From: a virus
Taxonomy: Duplodnaviria > Caudoviricetes
DNA length: 55,243 nt
Strand: one strand, 5' to 3'
IMG/VR virus record: IMGVR_UViG_3300025669_000038
Location: 1-55,243 of that record
The notes beneath the pieces were generated by a model. That model was not told the origin of the DNA. It ran no database searches and saw nothing but the letters and a program-made list of their open reading frames with translations. A program made the position numbers and the translations under genes. Of this stretch, positions 27,287-36,340 are shown one piece after another; position 1 is the first letter of the stretch, and the number at the start of each line of letters is the position of its first letter.

Positions 27287-27679
27287 TTAATCTGAGAACG
27301 ACCCGCCATCGATCGACTCACTATTTTCCCACTCTCCACTTGTGGAGTTGTACACCAACCGTTCGCCATTAACGATTGCCGATATTGTCACGTCGTCCAG
27401 ATCTGTAAGCGAAATCGTCTCCGCCACAGATTGCAGTCCGAAGTCTGCCCATGCGCTGCCGTTGTATCGTCTGAATCCCATCGCGCCTGATGCCGTGTTC
27501 GTCCCGTCGTCAAGATACACATACCCCTCAAGTGGATCGTCAGGCTCAACAGCAGATGGCGTCACGTTCTTAAAGAGCGTCACCATCGATGTGAAGCTCA
27601 ATGGTACTTGGGGCGGAATTAACGAGCTCAGCCCGACAGGGGTTGCAGTGGTCGTGTTGTTGATCGTTATCGAAGCCAT
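27287..27679 (-). CDS. Short fibre/adaptor protein
   Basis: LTDLDDVTI...GERLVYNSTSGEWEN repeat unit; DGGSF terminus as in 25780..27273. Confidence 0.6.
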   Translation of the reverse strand: MASITINNTTTATPVGLSSLIPPQVPLSFTSMVTLFKNVTPSAVEPDDPLEGYVYLDDGTNTASGAMGFRRYNGSAWADFGLQSVAETISLTDLDDVTISAIVNGERLVYNSTSGEWENSESIDGGSFSD

Positions 27680-27985
27680 CTACGACACATCCTCTGTTAT
27701 GATGATTGTCAGGTTTTCGTCATTCGGAAATGTCTGAATGGAATCATCCGCGAACGTCACCTCGAATTCAGCAGGGTAACATCCAGCAGTTACCGTATCA
27801 GCAGCAACCCAGTCATACCTCGCTGTGCCAGCCGTTCCGTCGACAACGACGGCAGTTGCGTCCACGTGCGTGCCCATGTGGAACACAACAGTTGCGGTTG
27901 AAAGGTCTACTACCACGCCATCCTGTGCCAACGTAACGGACAAGGATGGGTTCGTGTCGTTCCGCTTAATGAATACCTCTGTCAT
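27680..27985 (-). CDS. BppU N-terminal-like fibre anchor protein
   Basis: IKRNDT, VDLSTATVVFHM, GTARYDW..DT..AG.Y.AEFEV, TFP motifs. Confidence 0.7.
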   Translation of the reverse strand: MTEVFIKRNDTNPSLSVTLAQDGVVVDLSTATVVFHMGTHVDATAVVVDGTAGTARYDWVAADTVTAGCYPAEFEVTFADDSIQTFPNDENLTIIITEDVS

Positions 27986-28024
27986 GGTGATCGCCCCACT
28001 GCATTCACGGCTATAGGGCTGGAC

Positions 28025-28480
28025 TTATGAGCACTTGAGGTATCCATATTGCACCTCCGCAATAAACCTGAACGTCGGCGGCTTCGTTTTGGCATCTACT
28101 TGACCGAACCCACCACCCCACGCTATAAAATCGATATCTGTGATGTCTTCATAGTGAGCCAATAAAATCCGTTGAATTTCTTGGACAAACTCAAACCGTG
28201 CTTGCTTCGGATTCATAGCCGCTGTCGCCCGTGTTACCCAGACGTTCAGTGCCAGCGTACACATGATGTACTGATGAGGTGCCCCGTTGACTGCCAAGCC
28301 AAAGAACTTCACAGGCCCGTTCGAGATCGGCGTCTCTACCGGGTGCGTCAACGACACTACCGGCCTCTTTGCTGCCAGGTCGTACCATCCTGTCGAAATG
28401 TCAGGCGTGATCGCGCTCGTGTTGTCATCATCCCAGTTGTCTTCTAGGAGACTTTTGAGAGACATCACCGGATCATTCAT
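28025..28480 (-). CDS. Tail terminator/completion protein
   Basis: Position after neck genes; LKSLLEDNW...LNVWV...EIQRIL; start at ATG 28480 overlapping upstream stop. Confidence 0.65.
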   Translation of the reverse strand: MNDPVMSLKSLLEDNWDDDNTSAITPDISTGWYDLAAKRPVVSLTHPVETPISNGPVKFFGLAVNGAPHQYIMCTLALNVWVTRATAAMNPKQARFEFVQEIQRILLAHYEDITDIDFIAWGGGFGQVDAKTKPPTFRFIAEVQYGYLKCS

Positions 28481-28902
28481 GCTTTGACCGCCTTCAGAAT
28501 CTCCGAGCTTTGCCGCAACTGAGGACACACACCAAATACCATCTTAATGCCCAGCTTTTCACACACCTCTGTCTCTGGAATCGTTTCCGCCGTCTGGTCG
28601 CCGCCGTTGGCGAATATCCATTCGTCGCCTTCATCAACGGCTTCGTGAACCATCTCAATCGTCCGACATACAGACCTGTCGAAATCCATCGACACAAAGA
28701 CTGTTGACACAGATCTCAACGCCTTTACAATCCGCGCCCTGTCTGCAACGCCCATGAATTCTATCGAACCCTTTAGCTTGACCTGTTCATCGTTATTAAC
28801 GAGGACAATGAGCTCGTCGCCCAACTTTCTCGCAGCTTCAAAATACTCAAGATGCCCAACGTGAACAGGGCTGAAATATCCCGATACCAGAATTCGTTTC
28901 AT
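28477..28902 (-). CDS. HxGH nucleotidyltransferase (cytidylyl/adenylyltransferase family)
   Basis: SGYFSPVHVGH, FANGGDQ, IPE, SSEIL motifs. Confidence 0.85.
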   Translation of the reverse strand: MKRILVSGYFSPVHVGHLEYFEAARKLGDELIVLVNNDEQVKLKGSIEFMGVADRARIVKALRSVSTVFVSMDFDRSVCRTIEMVHEAVDEGDEWIFANGGDQTAETIPETEVCEKLGIKMVFGVCPQLRQSSEILKAVKA

Positions 28903-29252
28903 GGTCCGTTCCTTTCCGTTTTCACTGTGATCTGACCGTTCCGCTGGTCATCCGCCTCTTGGACTGAAAAGGTGGCTCCGTCATCCACGATCGCTGACGG
29001 CTGAGTTGATGATCCGTCATACAGCGTAACCGTGTCTTTGACGTGGAACGTAGCTCGGTTTGTGGGGGTGGCCCCGCCTTCATTCATCTCATTCTCAGGG
29101 TAGTCTCCCATCACACGAATGGCCTTGATCGTACTGGAGGTTGCAATAAGAGTGGCATCACCGTAATCATCCTCGCCGCCAAGCGTGTAGTTAATCAGAA
29201 CGACATCATGGCCGTACCTTTCGATGTGCCGTCTTGCCGCACCGCCGCTCAT
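28899..29252 (-). CDS. Head closure (stopper) protein
   Basis: Size, position, DDYGD motif, beta-rich. Confidence 0.6.
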   Translation of the reverse strand: MSGGAARRHIERYGHDVVLINYTLGGEDDYGDATLIATSSTIKAIRVMGDYPENEMNEGGATPTNRATFHVKDTVTLYDGSSTQPSAIVDDGATFSVQEADDQRNGQITVKTERNGP

Positions 29253-29596
29253 TTCATCTCCTCAGATTGGACGCCTTTCATCAGATCGCCAGTGTCGATG
29301 ATCTCCTTCTCCTGAATCAGTTTCTTCACGTTGGCTTCGGTCCGCAAGGCCACAAGTTGGATAAGGTGCTGGACGCTATGAGCCTTCAATGCCAATTCCC
29401 CAATCGCGGCCTCTGCTGCCTGGGCTCCAGGTCGCCAGTGAGGTCGTGCTTCAAAGGATGCGGTCCCCAACTCTTGATAGATGTCATACGCAACATCTCC
29501 TTGGAATACTCGCCACGGATGTGGGGTTGCCTGGACAGCAGAAGAGAACATCTTCGTCACAGCGGTCATCCCAATCGCTTGAACCATAAACGCCAT
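29249..29596 (-). CDS. Neck protein (HK97 gp10-like)
   Basis: YDIYQELGT..EARPHWRP and IDTGDL motifs, in permuted order. Confidence 0.65.
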   Translation of the reverse strand: MAFMVQAIGMTAVTKMFSSAVQATPHPWRVFQGDVAYDIYQELGTASFEARPHWRPGAQAAEAAIGELALKAHSVQHLIQLVALRTEANVKKLIQEKEIIDTGDLMKGVQSEEMK

Positions 29597-29607
29597 GACA
29601 GCCCTTC

Positions 29608-29997
29608 CTACGTTTCTTTCATTACTCCATCGACTGCTTCACGCCCCAAGTACGATATTCCAGCCTTTCGCAAATCCATCTTCCGCAGCGTCCCTGTTGG
29701 ATCGAACGCCAGAGCTTGCTGACCGAATCGAGTGAACTCCAACCCCATCGCAGTCTTGCCGCCATAGATAAATGTAGTATCTCCAACATCGCTCGACTGT
29801 TCTTGACGTTCGCGTATTGCTGTGAAATGAGCCGCAAGCCATCGCTCGATTTCAAATAGAGTAGCGGCGGTTACACCTGAGTCTGCCGCCGCCACCCTAT
29901 CAGTCAAGTTGCTTGCCGCCGTAATGAACGCAGAGAGATTCCTAAGTTCCGTCTCAATTACTTCCCTAACATCCGCACTCCTTACCCTGACGGCCAT
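29608..29997 (-). CDS. Head-tail adaptor
   Basis: Follows capsid; EIERWLAAHF, TRFGQQALAFDPTG; start moved to MAVRVR because the upstream extension overlaps the capsid gene. Confidence 0.7.
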   Translation of the reverse strand: MAVRVRSADVREVIETELRNLSAFITAASNLTDRVAAADSGVTAATLFEIERWLAAHFTAIRERQEQSSDVGDTTFIYGGKTAMGLEFTRFGQQALAFDPTGTLRKMDLRKAGISYLGREAVDGVMKET

Positions 29998-29999
29998 CT

Positions 30000-30989
30000 C
30001 TAGCTCTGTCCGAGGTTGTCGTCGAAACAGATGCCAGAGTTGCCATCGTAATCCGACTTCACTCGTGCCGCCATGACGGCCATGACCTTGAAGTTCGACT
30101 GCATACCACCGTAGGTATCCCATTCAACGACCATGAGATCTACTGCAATCGAGAGGTCGACGACTTCCGCCATCATCTCAACCAGCACGATGTCGCCAGA
30201 TCCAAGCACACCCGTCATCTTCACGTCAGCGATCTGAGGAAGGGACTTGAGGATTTCGAGGTACGTCCGGTCTGCGTAGCTGTCGCGCTTGAGCAGATCC
30301 ATCCATTCCTTCGATGTCACGTACAGGATAAATGGCCCGTAGTGATGTGCATTCTCAGCAGCCAAGATCATCTTGAGGACGTCAATCTCGATGTTCGCCG
30401 GCGTGCCTGTCCAGTTACCCGTACAGGCCACTTCATTGGCGTCCGAGTGGTTGATGTATCCAGGTAACGTATGCCCTCCAACCACAATCGCGCTACCGTT
30501 GAACAGCGCATCTTCGAGCTTGTCGACAACCTTGCGAGTGGCCTGACTCACCATCGTAGTGTCGATCGGAGATCCGTTCTGCTCGCTGGCAATCAACTTC
30601 CTGATCGGAATCTGGAAATCGACGTGAGTGATAGGGATCGGAATCGTCACTTCTCCGTAGTCAGGAGCGTTGTTCGCGCCAGGAGTGATGCCGCTCATTG
30701 ACTGCTCGGCCACGAGGTCGTCACTCAACGTCTGCCAGTAATCATACATGTACCCGATTCCGCCCAGATTGCGAGTCAACCCACGAGACTGAAGGTCAGC
30801 GATGCCGTTCAACCTTTGTTGGGCGACCTCAATCACCTTGCTGTCGATGGCAGTCCACGCGTCCTTCGGAAGCGTTGCGTTCGTTCGGAGAGCCTTTGCA
30901 ATATCCCAATTGTTCGCCCGCAGTTTCTGCAGGATGTTCCCAGTAAACAACTGCGCGGGAGACGAAACCTGAACTTGTCCCTTCATCAT
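30000..30989 (-). CDS. Major capsid protein (HK97 fold, encapsulin/Linocin-M18-like)
   Basis: LRTNATLPKDAWTAIDSKV, PIPITHVDFQI, HHYGPFILY; downstream of protease and decoration genes. Confidence 0.85.
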   Translation of the reverse strand: MMKGQVQVSSPAQLFTGNILQKLRANNWDIAKALRTNATLPKDAWTAIDSKVIEVAQQRLNGIADLQSRGLTRNLGGIGYMYDYWQTLSDDLVAEQSMSGITPGANNAPDYGEVTIPIPITHVDFQIPIRKLIASEQNGSPIDTTMVSQATRKVVDKLEDALFNGSAIVVGGHTLPGYINHSDANEVACTGNWTGTPANIEIDVLKMILAAENAHHYGPFILYVTSKEWMDLLKRDSYADRTYLEILKSLPQIADVKMTGVLGSGDIVLVEMMAEVVDLSIAVDLMVVEWDTYGGMQSNFKVMAVMAARVKSDYDGNSGICFDDNLGQS

Positions 30990-31429
30990 AGCACCTCACA
31001 TCTGATTTGCGTAATACCGTCAGCTGCGATTGTCGCCGTTTCCATCACTTCAGCAATCGCCTCCCCAACAATCGGACTGGCTGCATAGATCCCAAAGCCA
31101 GCACCATCTGAAACGAGCTTGTTCGTTGCGGACAGCGTAGCTAGAGCCGATGACGTAGCGCACAAAACAATCTCATCGCCAGCTCGAGGCATCACAAACG
31201 GAACTGTGTCGGCCGCCGCATACGTCGCGCTAATCACCTTGTCGCCAGATTCGATGACGACTCTGAGAGTCGGATCGAGCGTGCCGCTGAGAACCTGGAT
31301 CGAAGTGCCCGAGGCATATTCGACCAGCATACCTGGACGCAGCGCAGCGTCAGCAGGCCATTCCTTCTTCAGCGGATCTGACGGCGTTGATCGCACTACA
31401 ATTGTTCGTCTTGACATATCAACCACCAC
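30986..31429 (-). CDS. Head decoration/cement protein
   Basis: ALRPGMLVE, YAAADTV, PRAGDE, LVSDGAG; paralogue of 31433..32245. Confidence 0.65.
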   Translation of the reverse strand: MVVDMSRRTIVVRSTPSDPLKKEWPADAALRPGMLVEYASGTSIQVLSGTLDPTLRVVIESGDKVISATYAAADTVPFVMPRAGDEIVLCATSSALATLSATNKLVSDGAGFGIYAASPIVGEAIAEVMETATIAADGITQIRCEVL

Positions 31430-31432
31430 CTC

Positions 31433-32245
31433 CTACAGGGCTTCTACCTTGATCTGCGCTATCGCTGAAGTCGTTGTGACGGCTTCTATGGCACGAGCCA
31501 AACCAGATGCGCGAATAGCTGTTTCCAAGTCACTGGCGCCAGACGTAATTTCTCCAACGTCTACGCCACCGGATAGCGTTCCATCGTTCGTCGCTTCAAC
31601 AACACCGGCGCTTGTTCCTAGCGTAGCAGCAAGCACCAACTGAGCAACACTGGTATTCGCATTCAACAGCGTAACCAGATCGGACGCAATCGCCGTTCCA
31701 ACTTCGCACGTGATGTCATTACCAATCACTGAGATACCTCCAGCGTCAGCTGTTCCATCAACGTAGTCAATCGAGATTCCGTTTCCCGCAGCCCCAGCAT
31801 CAACCGCTGTGAAATGGATCGCGTTGTTCGTACCGTCAGCCGCTTGAGTCCCGTCAAACCCAGTCGTCAGAGAAGCAGAAACAGCTGTTCCTGCAATTCC
31901 AAGGTCGAGAGGTATAAGTGTCCCAAGCCGACCACTGCCTACCGACTGGAGAACTTCATTGATCGTGATCACCTGTGTACCGTCGAGCCAGGCATAGAAC
32001 TCATCGCCAGGACGCGGACAAACGAACGGAACGGTATCTCCGCTCGCATACGTGCCACCGACAACAGTGGTCCCACTTTCGATCACAACCTTCACCGAAG
32101 GGCAGATCGTTGCAGACAGAGCACCAATCGTTCCGTCGCCACTCCATTCAACCAGTTGTCCTGGTTGGAGTGCGGCATCACTGGTAGCTTCCTTCCGTAA
32201 CGGCCCTTCAGGGGTCGTCCTAATGACAATCGTTCGCTGCGCCAT
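31433..32245 (-). CDS. Head decoration/cement protein with ~120-aa inserted domain
   Basis: N- and C-termini align with 30986..31429; insertion FTAVDAGAAGNGISI...LSGGVD. Confidence 0.65.
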   Translation of the reverse strand: MAQRTIVIRTTPEGPLRKEATSDAALQPGQLVEWSGDGTIGALSATICPSVKVVIESGTTVVGGTYASGDTVPFVCPRPGDEFYAWLDGTQVITINEVLQSVGSGRLGTLIPLDLGIAGTAVSASLTTGFDGTQAADGTNNAIHFTAVDAGAAGNGISIDYVDGTADAGGISVIGNDITCEVGTAIASDLVTLLNANTSVAQLVLAATLGTSAGVVEATNDGTLSGGVDVGEITSGASDLETAIRASGLARAIEAVTTTSAIAQIKVEAL

Positions 32246-32246
32246 T

Positions 32247-33704
32247 TCAGCTCGCCGCCTTCAGAAGTACAGACGGAGGTGCCGGAATAGCATCTGCTGC
32301 GTTCGTCCGAGGAACACCTGCCCCAAGGAATGACACCGGCGTGAAATGGGCGCTCAGTTGCGTCAATGCGTCTACCGACATCGTGGCGAGGACTTCAGGA
32401 GTCATCGTGCACGCTTCGTTCGCTGCCAGTGCATCAAGCATCCCTTGGCGGGATTGTGCCAGTTCGATCTTGGAGTTGGCGACATAGGCTGCGACTTCAC
32501 CGAACGTCACGCCTGTATTCCCGATGGGCGTATTCTCGTTCAGTGCCACAGGCTCGCCAGGTGCAAGCTCGACCGGCTCGACAGGCACAGGTTCGCCAGG
32601 CACAGGCTCGACCGGCTCGACAGGTACAAGAACGGCAGGCTCGCTGTGTTCCATCATCCACGCCAACTGATCATCCGTCGTGTTGGCAACCAAATCATCC
32701 GCTACGCCTCGTTCTGACAGCGCTTGGATCATCTCTTCTCGACTCATACCGTCCACCTCCCGTAAAACTCTCATCAGTCCAGTCTTGAACCGACTCCAAA
32801 CACTTACTGCTTGTTCTTCGCACGGTGTCTTCACAGGTATCTCCTCGTTAGCAACCACGTAGGTCACTGTTCTATCAACTTCCGTGGCGTCTCCAAGCGT
32901 GATACCGGTGTCTGTAATCTGATAGCTCACTTGGAAATATGACTCTGCGCCGTTCTCAAACACGTTGAACACCACTGAATCTTCGTATAGGTCTGAAATC
33001 CAGACGCTCTCTTCATCCTCGCTCCGTACGGCACGAATGGCTTCGAGGACTGCATCTTCTCGCTGCCTGACGCTTTCGCCTTCGCGGAGGTTTATCCTCA
33101 TGCCAACCCCCTTCTCATTAACACGTCCTGCGCCGCAGCCATCAGCCCACGAGCAAGCTCCAATCGCGTTCGGCAACACAGCAATGTGATCGGGTCTCAG
33201 GTTATGCTGAATTCCCACGTATTCTTCGCCATTGAACGATCCTTCGACCACTTCAAGATCCAGCAGATAACCTGTGGAGACTTCAAGCGGCTCGCCGTTC
33301 TGTAGCTTGTTCAAAGCTACTTCAGCGTCACCACCAAGCTCCAGAGCCTTCTCAATGTCAATCCACAGCTCGCCCTTCAGTGTGGCGCCAGCATAGATGG
33401 GATTGTAGAGCCGCCCTATCACTTCCTCGTCAATGATGTCTCTCGTTCGCGAAGACACATTCTCGCCATTCTCCGTTGGATGACCTACTGGCACTGGAAT
33501 ATCCGACCATTGATCCAACGACACTGACAGTAGCTCTTCTGCCGAAAGATACTCGCCGTTCATCACGCCTTCTTTGACAGCAACTACCGGAACCACGATG
33601 TACTTCCGTCCATCACGTTCTTCTTCTCGTGACTCTGTAGCAATCGTGTTGAAGGTCATCATTCGTTCTTTCATCACACCACCGGACCCCATGCGCATTG
33701 GCAA
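32247..33704 (-). CDS. Prohead protease-scaffold fusion (DUF2213-like)
   Basis: PVPVGHP, EVSTGY, PDHIAVLP..GACS..DGCG; acidic scaffold with PVEP repeats; start may be 33675. Confidence 0.8.
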   Translation of the reverse strand: MPMRMGSGGVMKERMMTFNTIATESREEERDGRKYIVVPVVAVKEGVMNGEYLSAEELLSVSLDQWSDIPVPVGHPTENGENVSSRTRDIIDEEVIGRLYNPIYAGATLKGELWIDIEKALELGGDAEVALNKLQNGEPLEVSTGYLLDLEVVEGSFNGEEYVGIQHNLRPDHIAVLPNAIGACSWADGCGAGRVNEKGVGMRINLREGESVRQREDAVLEAIRAVRSEDEESVWISDLYEDSVVFNVFENGAESYFQVSYQITDTGITLGDATEVDRTVTYVVANEEIPVKTPCEEQAVSVWSRFKTGLMRVLREVDGMSREEMIQALSERGVADDLVANTTDDQLAWMMEHSEPAVLVPVEPVEPVPGEPVPVEPVELAPGEPVALNENTPIGNTGVTFGEVAAYVANSKIELAQSRQGMLDALAANEACTMTPEVLATMSVDALTQLSAHFTPVSFLGAGVPRTNAADAIPAPPSVLLKAAS

Positions 33705-34531
33705 TTAGGATGAGCTGGCTGCATCCCATGAGCCTCTGCAATCGTGAACTCTACTCCGTTATTTGGAGGGCAGATATTCTGAGGGCAAGGACCGCCGCCG
33801 AAGATCCAAAACACCTTGCTCACACGGTAGTCAGTGTAGCGATTCAAGCTCGCCTCACTCTGAGCGAAAGCAGTCTCGGTTCTCGCAAGTGTCCGTGCCC
33901 TCGCAATACCTATCCCTTCAACTCGCCCGGCCATCATCGTGGCAATCTGACGCGGGCCTTTCCCAGCCACCATCCCTTCGACCAACACACGGGAAATCTG
34001 TTGGCTCATCGTTTGCGTGATTCCGTTCAGTTGGTCAAAGGCCCGAGTGAACATGAGTCCCAAAGCATCTGCATGAACTGGGGCTGAAAGGACAGCACCA
34101 ATAGCCTGCGCTGAATCTACGGGGACCAGCCCCAGCTCTTGCATCCTCAGCTCTGCCCACTCTACACCCTTCACGTAGGATCGCTTGATGTACGTGTTCT
34201 GCCATCCGGTATGAGCCACCACACTACGGCCCTCGAATCTCAACACTTCCAAGACTCCAGCATCTTCTTGAATCGCCAACCATCGCATGAACGCGCTGGC
34301 TTTGTCCGCTGCCCTCGGATACGTATAGACAGCGTTCAATCTGAGCGTGTTAGTTGCAGCCTTTTTTACCGTGCCCCCAAGAGCGTTCTCCTCAATCAGC
34401 GCGTTCTTGATCTCGCCAATCAGCCACTTAAACCGGTTTGTCACGTCAGCTTCATACTGATCCCAGATTGGCTTCAACCCGACCCCCGGATCTTGTTCTG
34501 CGTGAACTGCTATACTAACGGCTTGACACAT
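33674..34531 (-). CDS. Minor head morphogenesis protein (SPP1 gp7/Mu gpF family)
   Basis: RARTLARTET and PAHPNCQC motifs. Confidence 0.85.
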   Translation of the reverse strand: MCQAVSIAVHAEQDPGVGLKPIWDQYEADVTNRFKWLIGEIKNALIEENALGGTVKKAATNTLRLNAVYTYPRAADKASAFMRWLAIQEDAGVLEVLRFEGRSVVAHTGWQNTYIKRSYVKGVEWAELRMQELGLVPVDSAQAIGAVLSAPVHADALGLMFTRAFDQLNGITQTMSQQISRVLVEGMVAGKGPRQIATMMAGRVEGIGIARARTLARTETAFAQSEASLNRYTDYRVSKVFWIFGGGPCPQNICPPNNGVEFTIAEAHGMQPAHPNCQCAWGPVV

Positions 34532-35849
34532 GCGCTCTCCTGATTCTTGCGAACTGTCTCTGGATCTCTGGATTCGCTTCGTCCAATGACTGTACGACCA
34601 ACTGGGTTTCGTCGCGCTCTGCTGAGAAGCCTACCGCAACTCGAATCTCCGCTTCGCTGAAGTAATCCAGCGGCATCCCGTTTGTAGCGTCGTGCATTGC
34701 TTTTGCTCTCTTCTCATAGATCTCTGCTATCTCCAGGTCTGTCAGGTAGAACAACTTGGGCCATTGCACTTCGTACTCCCCATTCGCCGGGGCCTTCAGT
34801 ACGCCTATGTCGACAAACCTGTCGATCAAGCGTCGCAACATCATCGGCTCGGCAAACTGTTCTTGGCGTTCGGCTACACGGCCAAGCCAGTTCGCTTCGT
34901 CTTGAGACGATGCCAGGTCGCCGCGTTCACTTCCAAGGAGGATTCGCTGCGGGATTCCGGTCTTCCCTGAGATGAGCTGGATCAGCACCTTGAAGACGCT
35001 AGCCGGATCGGATGGATCTGCGCCAAGCTCTTTGAAGTCGATGCCTTCCACCGAGATGATTCGTTGAAGGTTATGGATGTAGTTCTGCCATGCTTCTTTC
35101 GCAGCCTCTTCAGCGTCTTCGTCAACCTCGTACCCCTCTTGTGCCACGAGGGCATATCCCTTGATCGCATTCTGCCAGAAGGACTCAGCCGATGCTCCAA
35201 CAACCTTGCTCACGTCGAACAGATAATCGAACACTTTTTGAAGCCGCGGTTCGCCATACACTTCATTGTCGAGCAACCCTTCCGCCACATGGATGACACG
35301 GCTCCAATGGACTTTGGTCTTCTGTGTTGACCCCCCGAAGTCAAGATCGCCTGCGGTGTCTACCTCGTAGTATTTCGGCTGGCCGAAGCGTTCGTTATTC
35401 GTATCCGTTTCAAACTCTTTGATCGTTGCGTACTTCTCACTGTACGGCTGCAAGAATATAATGGAATCTTCGGGCACGGAGCCAATCTCTTGATCAAGTA
35501 GTCCATCCTTCGTACCAATCAGGATAATCCCGTAGCGACCAATACCAGAGAGCCGATCAGCACGCTCGAGGAAATGGAAGATCTTGAGTCGCTTGGCAAG
35601 CGCTGCCCATGCTTTCGCAAAGGAACCTTCTTCGCCGCCAGAGTCAAGTACCTTTGGTGTCTTTCTCCAAGTCGTCTTCGCTGGGGCATCTACGATAACG
35701 CTGGCAAGGCCATTGCGATCGTAGTAGCCTTTGAAATCGTCAATCGTGGGATCCGTCTTGTATCCGAGGTTGGCGTCGATATCGCGGTCTGAACCAAACT
35801 GCAATCCAGCTTTCCTAGCCAGATTTGATCGTGCCAAAAGGTCGTTCAT
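34515..35849 (-). CDS. Portal protein (DUF1073-like)
   Basis: RNGLASVIVDAPA, RFGQPKYY, VHWSRVIH, GIPQRILLGSERGDLASSQD. Confidence 0.85.
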   Translation of the reverse strand: MNDLLARSNLARKAGLQFGSDRDIDANLGYKTDPTIDDFKGYYDRNGLASVIVDAPAKTTWRKTPKVLDSGGEEGSFAKAWAALAKRLKIFHFLERADRLSGIGRYGIILIGTKDGLLDQEIGSVPEDSIIFLQPYSEKYATIKEFETDTNNERFGQPKYYEVDTAGDLDFGGSTQKTKVHWSRVIHVAEGLLDNEVYGEPRLQKVFDYLFDVSKVVGASAESFWQNAIKGYALVAQEGYEVDEDAEEAAKEAWQNYIHNLQRIISVEGIDFKELGADPSDPASVFKVLIQLISGKTGIPQRILLGSERGDLASSQDEANWLGRVAERQEQFAEPMMLRRLIDRFVDIGVLKAPANGEYEVQWPKLFYLTDLEIAEIYEKRAKAMHDATNGMPLDYFSEAEIRVAVGFSAERDETQLVVQSLDEANPEIQRQFARIRRAHVSSR

Positions 35850-35878
35850 ATAGCCCCCAGAAGCTCCACCGTGGGACT

Positions 35879-35908
35879 ACTCTACCACTTCTTGGCACTC
35901 AACGTCAA
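35879..35908 (-). promoter_or_regulatory. Promoter of the morphogenesis operon
   Basis: TTGACG-18-TAGAGT with TG extension, upstream of portal. Confidence 0.55.
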
Positions 35909-35941
35909 TGTTTTTGCGATATTCCTTGCAGCGGGTTTTTC

Positions 35942-36187
35942 TTAGAACTTGAGCGGTTGAGGACGGAGATACAGCAGACTGCCATCAGATGGCTGCGTTG
36001 ATGTAGTCACAGTCGTTATTTGCGTCGAGTGCCCGCAGTTCATACACGTGATAGTCGTCACGTTTTTTTCGACGTGTTTTTCTGACTCACTCGAATGGCA
36101 TTTATTGCACTCACGCACTTCGAGGTCATCGCACTGGACGAACATTGGCTTTCTCCTTCTTCGGGTACTGGGGCCTATGGCGCTCAA
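35942..36187 (-). CDS. Small Zn-ribbon protein
   Basis: CNKC...CMNC; true start probably MFVQ after SD AGGAG. Confidence 0.5.
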   Translation of the reverse strand: MSAIGPSTRRRRKPMFVQCDDLEVRECNKCHSSESEKHVEKNVTTITCMNCGHSTQITTVTTSTQPSDGSLLYLRPQPLKF

Positions 36188-36311
36188 GCAAGGCGTCCGC
36201 TCGTGAGATGATGAATGGTATTGCTTCGATTTGGTGACTGTGAGGGGCTAAGGAGGCCCGTATCTCCTCTATCTCATCAAGTAGGGTTGTTATAGTGTCA
36301 CTTCGGCTCAT
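36126..36311 (-). CDS. Hypothetical protein
   Basis: Fits tight gene packing. Confidence 0.45.
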   Translation of the reverse strand: MSRSDTITTLLDEIEEIRASLAPHSHQIEAIPFIISRADALLERHRPQYPKKEKANVRPVR

Positions 36312-36340
36312 CGGCTTGTACCGTCCTTTGGTTTCACTCT

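Noticed and set aside
30000-30989. Encapsulin/bacteriocin nanocompartment
   Set aside because: Flanked by portal, protease and neck genes, so it is the major capsid protein
32540-32630. Tandem DNA repeats
   Set aside because: They encode a PVEP low-complexity linker of the scaffold
34515-35849. Anti-CBASS Acb1 label sometimes given to DUF1073 proteins
   Set aside because: Position and motifs indicate a portal; no HxT 2H-phosphoesterase domain seen
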